Program-made: the position numbers and the translations under genes
Notes under the pieces: model-generated
The model's input: only the letters and a program-made list of their open reading frames with translations
Databases searched by the model: none
Told to the model about the DNA's origin: nothing
Part shown: positions 55,811 through 60,914 of the stretch, piece after piece
Position numbering within the stretch: position 1 is the stretch's first letter
How the letters are laid out: every line of letters starts with the position of its first letter
Assembly: GCA_043719675.1 (NCBI GenBank)
Contig: JAYSTO010000016.1
Coordinates: forward strand, 1 to 60,914
Direction of reading: 5' to 3'
From: Gammaproteobacteria bacterium
GTDB taxonomy: Bacteria > Pseudomonadota > Gammaproteobacteria > UBA6429 > Thiohalophilaceae
Length of the DNA: 60,914 nt

Positions 55811-56848
55811 ATGCTAACTACATTCAGTATCCTCATCATTGGCTTCTCCATCTTCAGTGCCGTGCTGTTATTTATTGCTTATGCCTTTTTTCTGAAAAAT
55901 GTGAATAAGTCCTGGTTTGCAGTTAGCTCTTGCGCCGGTCTGTTGATTTGCCTGAGCTTTTTGCAATGGTGGCATTTAGACTATCTACACAACGGCACCG
56001 ATATCTTGCAGGCAGCAGGCTATCGATTTTGGCTGTTTTTGGCACCGTCATTATTCTTCTATTTCAGTCGTGCCACCTTGTTACCGGAGGCGCAGGTACA
56101 TCCGTTACTGCTGCTGCACTTGAGCCCGCAGCTGCTGAATTACACCCTCCGCTCCGAAATTGCGATTCCTTTGGTTTTTCTGGTGGGCATGGGTTACAGC
56201 TTCTGGCTGGCGAACCTGATTTATGGCATGCGTGCGCAACGCAAACGATTCAAGATCGAGATGTTTTTCTTTGCCTTGTTTTCTGTCATAGCATTATTCG
56301 TTTTAATACTTGGCGTTTCCGTGCCGTATATCGACCATGGCTACTTCTATCTGTTTTATGCCAACAGTATCGGCCTGTCGTTTGTACTGATTGTTGCCGC
56401 CCTGGTTGTCTTTCCCGATCTGCTGGCAGAACTGGCCGAGGTGGCCAAGCTCAGTTATGCCGCATCGACATTAAAAGGTGTGGATGTCGCCTCCAGCCTG
56501 CAAAAACTTGAACAACTGATGACCCAGTCCCGGTTATATCAAAATGATAATCTGAATCTGGCTCTGGTGGCGGAGGCCATGGGTTTGAGCGGTCATCAAT
56601 TATCTGAATTGGTGAATGGGCAATTTGGCATGAATTTCTCACGCTATATCCGCGAGCAACGCGTGAATGCAGCCAAAAAGATCCTGGTCAATGAACCGAA
56701 TTCTTCCGTGTTGGCCATTGGCCTGGAAACCGGATTCAAAACCCAATCTAATTTTTACACGGCCTTTAAAGAAATCACCGGCATGTCCCCTGGTGCCTAT
56801 CGCAAATCCCTGCAACTCAACGACGCCACCGTACCCGGTTCTTCCTGA
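55811..56848 (+). CDS. AraC-family transcriptional regulator with polytopic N-terminal membrane domain
   Basis: 345 aa. About 200 aa with ~6 TM helices are followed by an AraC-type double HTH (LALVAEAMGLSGHQLSELV... and GFKTQSNFYTAFKEITGMSPGAYR). Confidence 0.8.
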   Translation: MLTTFSILIIGFSIFSAVLLFIAYAFFLKNVNKSWFAVSSCAGLLICLSFLQWWHLDYLHNGTDILQAAGYRFWLFLAPSLFFYFSRATLLPEAQVHPLLLLHLSPQLLNYTLRSEIAIPLVFLVGMGYSFWLANLIYGMRAQRKRFKIEMFFFALFSVIALFVLILGVSVPYIDHGYFYLFYANSIGLSFVLIVAALVVFPDLLAELAEVAKLSYAASTLKGVDVASSLQKLEQLMTQSRLYQNDNLNLALVAEAMGLSGHQLSELVNGQFGMNFSRYIREQRVNAAKKILVNEPNSSVLAIGLETGFKTQSNFYTAFKEITGMSPGAYRKSLQLNDATVPGSS

Positions 56849-57053
56849 TTTATCATTCTGTAATCGCCTAACTTATTGAAAAGATGGCGCTTGGTATTTT
56901 TCTGTTAGCCCATTATCAACCAGGAAGCCGCCGCTGTTCTGGCGCACTAATCTAACTCTCACCGTATGCAGCACGGTTAATCACGCCTTGCGGCAGCGGT
57001 ATTTAACTTTGAAAAAGAAACTGATTTTATTTTCAAAAAGGAAGGTAACTATT

Positions 57054-57533
57054 ATGCATGAAATTGGCAACATGAAACGATTTTTGCGCCTCACCCTGCT
57101 TGCCCCTCTCGTTGTGCCATTTTTGCTGTGGATGGTTGCACCACCGCAAATCAATGGCGCGGCGCCAGGCGTATTATTATCGTTCGCTTGGATCATGATT
57201 TTATCACTGCCGTTTGGTGGTATTCCGTATGCGATTTTTTATGTTGTGATCTGGCGTGTGATGAATAAATTAAATCGACGCAACATTATTATTCTGCTGT
57301 GGTTATTGCCCCTATTGTTCTATGTATGGTGTCTTGTGCTCGGCGCCGTGATCAGTAGTGTTGCTGCGCTACTGGGGCTTTGGGGATTTGTTGCAGAAAT
57401 GACGGCAGTGGTGTTGATCTATTTGTATATTTTCCCCGTCGGTTACCTCTATGTGTTTTTGACAATGGTTTTAATGTATTCGGCTCAATGTAGTCTGCGA
57501 TTTTTTCACCCACCCACCAGGAGTAACGTATGA
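57054..57533 (+). CDS. polytopic membrane protein, no family recognised
   Basis: The ORF 56988-57533 was trimmed to the ATG at 57054, preceded by AAGGAAGG. It is 159 aa with ~4-5 TM helices, and the gene is AT-rich. Confidence 0.55.
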   Translation: MHEIGNMKRFLRLTLLAPLVVPFLLWMVAPPQINGAAPGVLLSFAWIMILSLPFGGIPYAIFYVVIWRVMNKLNRRNIIILLWLLPLLFYVWCLVLGAVISSVAALLGLWGFVAEMTAVVLIYLYIFPVGYLYVFLTMVLMYSAQCSLRFFHPPTRSNV

Positions 57534-57913
57534 TAGAAATTACCTATTTAGTGTATTTAGTTATCAGTATTGGTATGACAATATGGGTGGCACGCACCCT
57601 GCACAAAAATGGACGGGTGTTTCTGGTCGACTGTTTTAATGCGAACGAGGCCCTCGCCGATTCGGTGAATCATTTGTTGGTGGTGGGCTTTTATTTAATT
57701 AATTTCGGTTATATCACCTTGACCCTTAAATACGGCACCAAGCCGGTTATTCTGCAAGAGGCAATGGAGTTCTTAAGTACCAAGGTGGGGCTGGTGATGT
57801 TAGTGCTCGGGGTGATGCATTTTTTTAATGTCTATGTCATTTCGCGCATGCGGCGACGGGCACTTAACCAACAGCTTCCTCTGCAGCCCGATCAAAAGCT
57901 TGTTTACCGTTAA
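57530..57913 (+). CDS. small polytopic membrane protein, no family recognised
   Basis: 127 aa with three TM helices and a basic C-terminal tail. An ATGA overlap links it to the upstream gene. Confidence 0.55.
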   Translation: MIEITYLVYLVISIGMTIWVARTLHKNGRVFLVDCFNANEALADSVNHLLVVGFYLINFGYITLTLKYGTKPVILQEAMEFLSTKVGLVMLVLGVMHFFNVYVISRMRRRALNQQLPLQPDQKLVYR

Positions 57914-58236
57914 CCTAAATATCGCATAGCGGCCTGGCTATTGATGAAGTCGAAGGCTTCTTTTCCATAAGTCACGCGGCAGGCCGGGCTTGATGTACAC
58001 GACGCCAAGGATGGCGAAAGGTACGAATCCAGGGAGGGATTCGGTAGGGTCGCGTCAGGAACGAGGACCGAGCAATTGCCAAGGATGCCGTGAGCCACTG
58101 CCGGGGAACGGCAGCCCAACAGATCAGCCTGAGGCCACGCCATAAACAAACTCCCCTCGTCGCTGTCAACCTGGGCTGCCGCGCTGCGTTATTACCGTCA
58201 GACCCACTCACACATCATTGCTACAAGGAGATTTAA
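57914..58236 (+). promoter_or_regulatory. structured GGA-rich 5' leader or small RNA candidate (CsrA/RsmA-site-like motifs)
   Basis: A 323-nt non-coding gap. It has three perfect hairpins (58003-58016 with an AGGA loop, 58024-58043, 58098-58114). GCCAAGGATG is repeated at 58004-58013 and 58078-58087, and ACAAGGAG overlaps the SD sequence at 58223-58230. Confidence 0.35.
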
Positions 58237-58596
58237 ATGAAATTGTTATCCGCACTGAGCCTGTCGGCGGCACTGGTTCTCGGCCAGACCCTGATCGACA
58301 ACACCGCTGTTGCCAACGAACAACGTCCCAAAGCACAGAAGCAGAGCCGCGACCCCGGCGTCAATGCCCGGCAACACAATCAGCAACATCGCGTTAAAGA
58401 CGGCGTGAAATCCGGTGAATTGACCAAAGACGAAGCCCAGGCGTTACGTGAAGAACGCAAAGCCATTCGCGAAAAAGAGCAGGCCTATAAGGCCGATGGC
58501 AAGTTAACGAAAGACGAACGCAAGGACCTGCACCAGGACCTCAACGATTCCAGCAAGCATATCTATGAAGAAAAGCACGACGCTGAAAAACGTTAA
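58237..58596 (+). CDS. secreted Lys/Glu/Asp/Gln-rich protein with two G-x-LTKDE repeats
   Basis: 119 aa. The signal peptide ends ...NTAVA/NEQ, and the repeats are SGELTKDEAQALREE and DGKLTKDERKDLHQD. A good SD sequence AAGGAG is present. Confidence 0.65.
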   Translation: MKLLSALSLSAALVLGQTLIDNTAVANEQRPKAQKQSRDPGVNARQHNQQHRVKDGVKSGELTKDEAQALREERKAIREKEQAYKADGKLTKDERKDLHQDLNDSSKHIYEEKHDAEKR

Positions 58597-58616
58597 GTAG
58601 CATTACTAAGCCACAA

Positions 58617-58653
58617 CCATCACGCCGCCGGGCTGTTGACAGCGGCGTGATGG
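58617..58653 (+). terminator. perfect 12-bp stem-loop after the stop (terminator-like, no clear U tract)
   Basis: CCATCACGCCGC - 13-nt loop - GCGGCGTGATGG, 21 nt after the stop codon. The downstream sequence is only weakly T-rich. Confidence 0.45.
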
Positions 58654-59005
58654 CGTGTCTGTCAAATGCAGCGGGGTCGCAAACACCATTTATCCGCTTT
58701 TGCCGCAGCCTGGAGTTACCGCTCATAAAATTTATGCCTCCCTAACATCATACAACTTATTTATCCTACATATCGCCCAGTTTATAAGCCATTTTTTCAG
58801 CGAAAAATTTTGTGGTCACGCCATTTACCTGCGCATAAAACACAGCGACAATCTTGACGCGCTCGTGATACTGTACTCGGCGCATAGTGAAGGCTTCTTC
58901 AGTCTGGCAGATTATCGCTGTTGTTAATTTTTTAGAAAAAAACGCGTGTGTATGATCATTTGCGTGATCCTCACACACAAAATAAATCGAATATTGGGAG
59001 GGTGT

Positions 59006-60914
59006 ATGCATAGTGGTCTTAGTTTTGCTTTGATCAGTGCTATTGTCGCATTGGTCGTTGGTGTTTTACTCATTGTTAAGGTGATGGCGTTACCGCAAGG
59101 TAATGAAACGATGCAACGTATTGCGCTTGCAATACAACAAGGTGCATCGGCCTATTTAAAACGTCAATATGTCACCATTGCCGTCGTTGGAATTATCTTG
59201 TGCGTCATTATCGCCGTGTTCCTGAATGTGCTTACCGCCGTCGGTTTTATAATCGGCGCGGTGTTGTCAGGTGTCGCGGGCTTCATTGGCATGCACATCT
59301 CTGTGCGCACCAACCTGCGTACCACGGAAGCAGCACGTAAGGGTTTGAATGCGGCCCTGCAAGTGGCCTTTCGCGGCGGCACCATTACCGGCCTGTTGGT
59401 CGTTGGTTTGGGCATGCTGGGTGTCGCGGGTTATTACGCGATACTGTTACAAATAGGTGCCCCCGCTGGTACAAATCTCCTAGCCCCGTTAATTGGTTTA
59501 GCTTTTGGTGGCTCGTTGATCTCCATCTTCGCTCGTTTGGGCGGCGGCATTTTCACTAAAGGCGCGGATGTGGGCGCGGACTTAGTGGGCAAAGTTGAAG
59601 TCGGCATTCCCGAAGATGATCCACGTAACCCAGCGGTGATTGCCGACAACGTCGGTGACAACGTCGGTGATTGCGCCGGTATGGCTGCGGATTTGTTTGA
59701 AACCTTTGCGGTCACCTTGATTGCAACCATGTTACTGGGTTTTTATACCTTCGGCGCAGGTAACCAGGCAGCGGTTATTTATCCGATGGTATTGGGTGGG
59801 GTCGGTATCATCGCCTCCATCGTCGGCACCTTTTTTGTGCGCGTCAAGGAAGGTGGTAAGGTCATGAATGCCTTGTACCGCGGTTTGATTGTCGCAGGCG
59901 TAATTGCGGCAGCAGCCTTTTACCCGGTGACAGACTGGTTAATGAAAGATCTTGGCCCTCAATATACGGTGTGGAATTTGTATTACTCCGCCCTGGTCGG
60001 CCTGGCAGTGACGGCGTTATTAGTAATGATCACGGAATATTACACCGCGACCAATTTCTCACCGGTACAAAAACTCGCGGCTTCTTCACAAACCGGTCAT
60101 GGTACTAACATGATCGCCGGCTTGGCCTTGTCGATGCGCGCCACGGCAGCACCGGTGTTAGTGGTTTGCGGCGGTATTTTTGTTGCGTATCAGTTCGCCG
60201 GTTTATACGGTATTGCGATTGCCGCCACCGCCATGTTATCGATGACCGGTATCATTGTCGCCCTGGATGCGTATGGCCCGATTACCGATAACGCCGGTGG
60301 TATTGCCGAAATGTCCCACCTGGATGCCAGCGTACGCGTGATCACTGATGACCTGGATGCAGTGGGTAACACCACTAAAGCCGTCACCAAAGGTTATGCA
60401 ATTGGTTCTGCAGGTTTGGCCGCACTGGTGCTGTTTGCAGATTACACCCGCGAGCTCAACGTGCATTTCCAAGTTGCCTATCTGTTTGATCTTTCCGACT
60501 ATCGCGTGATTATCGGTTTGTTCATCGGCGGTATGGTGCCGTATTTATTCGGCGCGATGGGTATGGAAGCAGTGGGTCGTGCGGCACAAGCTGTGGTGAT
60601 CGAAGTGCGCCGTCAGTTCAAAGAGATGCCCGGCATCATGACCGGCAAACAACTACCGGATTATTCGCGCGCGGTAGACATGCTGACCTTATCCGCCATT
60701 CGCGAAATGATCATTCCATCGCTGTTACCGGTGTTAGTACCGGTCTTGGTCGGTTTGTTGTTAGGACCACAAGCACTGGGCGGTGTCCTGATGGGCTCAA
60801 TCGTCACCGGTTTGTTCGTTGCGATCTCCATGACCACCGGTGGCGGTGCATGGGATAACGCGAAGAAATACATTGAGCTGGGTAACTTCGGTGGTAAAGG
60901 TTCCGACGCACATA
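59006..60914 (+). CDS. hppA: membrane H+-translocating pyrophosphatase, K+-independent type; gene runs off the right edge
   Basis: Absent from the ORF track because it is open at the edge. Manual translation from ATG 59006 (SD sequence GGGAGG) gives [19 protein letters not shown]... Motifs include [20 protein letters not shown] and [19 protein letters not shown], with GNTTKA at 60365-60382. Confidence 0.92.
   Translation, partial: MHSGLSFALISAIVALVVGVLLIVKVMALPQGNETMQRIALAIQQGASAYLKRQYVTIAVVGIILCVIIAVFLNVLTAVGFIIGAVLSGVAGFIGMHISVRTNLRTTEAARKGLNAALQVAFRGGTITGLLVVGLGMLGVAGYYAILLQIGAPAGTNLLAPLIGLAFGGSLISIFARLGGGIFTKGADVGADLVGKVEVGIPEDDPRNPAVIADNVGDNVGDCAGMAADLFETFAVTLIATMLLGFYTFGAGNQAAVIYPMVLGGVGIIASIVGTFFVRVKEGGKVMNALYRGLIVAGVIAAAAFYPVTDWLMKDLGPQYTVWNLYYSALVGLAVTALLVMITEYYTATNFSPVQKLAASSQTGHGTNMIAGLALSMRATAAPVLVVCGGIFVAYQFAGLYGIAIAATAMLSMTGIIVALDAYGPITDNAGGIAEMSHLDASVRVITDDLDAVGNTTKAVTKGYAIGSAGLAALVLFADYTRELNVHFQVAYLFDLSDYRVIIGLFIGGMVPYLFGAMGMEAVGRAAQAVVIEVRRQFKEMPGIMTGKQLPDYSRAVDMLTLSAIREMIIPSLLPVLVPVLVGLLLGPQALGGVLMGSIVTGLFVAISMTTGGGAWDNAKKYIELGNFGGKGSDAH

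Noticed and set aside
55500-55817. 105-aa and 68-aa plus-strand ORFs in the 375-nt gap upstream of the AraC gene
   Set aside because: No SD sequence, Cys/Arg-rich nonsense-like composition, and overlap with the AraC start. This is more likely a promoter or leader region.
58043-58073. GGTAGGGTCGCG...GGACCGAGC, resembling the ykkC (guanidine-I) 5' half, and GUCAGGA/ACGAGG resembling guanidine-III
   Set aside because: Only partial matches, in the wrong order for guanidine-III. The 3' ykkC block (GCCCGGGAGA) is absent, and the downstream gene is not a guanidine transporter or carboxylase.
58094-58100. GCCACTG, identical to the B12-box core of cobalamin riboswitches
   Set aside because: The other conserved cobalamin-riboswitch blocks are not found around it, and the downstream gene has no cobalamin-related function. 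The match is probably chance.
57910-58211. Two overlapping 79-aa minus-strand ORFs
   Set aside because: Their composition is Pro/Arg/Ala/Trp-rich and they overlap each other in different frames. They coincide exactly with the hairpin-rich GC-rich leader and are best explained as non-coding.
58766-59011. 81-aa minus-strand ORF with a somewhat protein-like C-terminal half (RVQYHERVKIVAVFYAQVNGVTTKFFAEKMAYKLGDM)
   Set aside because: It overlaps the hppA start codon and occupies the AT-rich hppA promoter region. There is no SD sequence and no recognisable family. It is not supportable without homology evidence.
1-60914. Scan for CRISPR arrays, IS elements/transposases, integrases, phage genes, tRNA/rRNA genes and long repeats
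   Set aside because: None were seen by eye. No spaced direct-repeat arrays, no DDE or tyrosine-recombinase-like translations in the ORF track, and no cloverleaf-like GC-rich 75-nt blocks in the intergenic gaps. A tRNAscan/Infernal run would be needed to exclude small RNAs formally.

Overview
This looks like a core-chromosome segment of a sulfur-oxidising gammaproteobacterium. That inference rests on aprM-aprB-aprA, TusA, cytochromes c4/c5, a complete ccmABCDEFGHI operon and a membrane H+-pyrophosphatase. About 70 protein genes can be supported. By eye I found no rRNA, tRNA, CRISPR array, transposase, integrase or phage genes.

Gene blocks from left to right:
- aprMBA, with aprA running off the left edge.
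- Small membrane and housekeeping genes: an ICMT-like methyltransferase, an M48 protease, MarC and VIT.
- A seven-gene MSHA-type pilus biogenesis block (mshI-I2-J-K-L-M-N).
- A tiny RHH plus 2-TM protein pair.
- The methionine-salvage genes mtnBDC.
- A periplasmic operon of rhodanese, an unknown protein and a TlpA-like thioredoxin.
- An islet of unrecognised secreted and sensor proteins.
- A four-gene phospholipid module.
- A DgcP-like diguanylate cyclase, an EEP-family protein, an AlsS-type ALS and DsbA.
- The ccm operon, cytochromes c5/c4 and engB.
- glnA with sigma54 and NtrC sites.
- A CDF transporter, TusA and a PP-loop ATPase.
- A globin-coupled diguanylate cyclase, YcgL and a YjgR-like ATPase.
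- A PQQ-propeller/dihaem lipoprotein, a CPA2 antiporter and a retropepsin-like protease.
- A membrane-anchored AraC regulator with two small membrane proteins.
- A structured GGA-rich leader and the start of hppA, which runs off the right edge.

The most novel-looking items are:
1. The translationally coupled lipid module at 24179-28157. Its CDP-alcohol phosphatidyltransferase carries Asn at two of the four canonical Asp positions, and its last gene is a lysophospholipase-methyltransferase fusion.
2. The self-promoted RHH plus small two-TM protein pair at 13662-14194.
3. The CsrA-site-like structured leader at 57914-58236.
4. The overlapping PP-loop ATPase/TusA pair.
5. The periplasmic rhodanese/unknown/TlpA operon.

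All family assignments come from reading motifs in the translations. No database search was possible, and no single obvious large novel system such as a defence island stands out.
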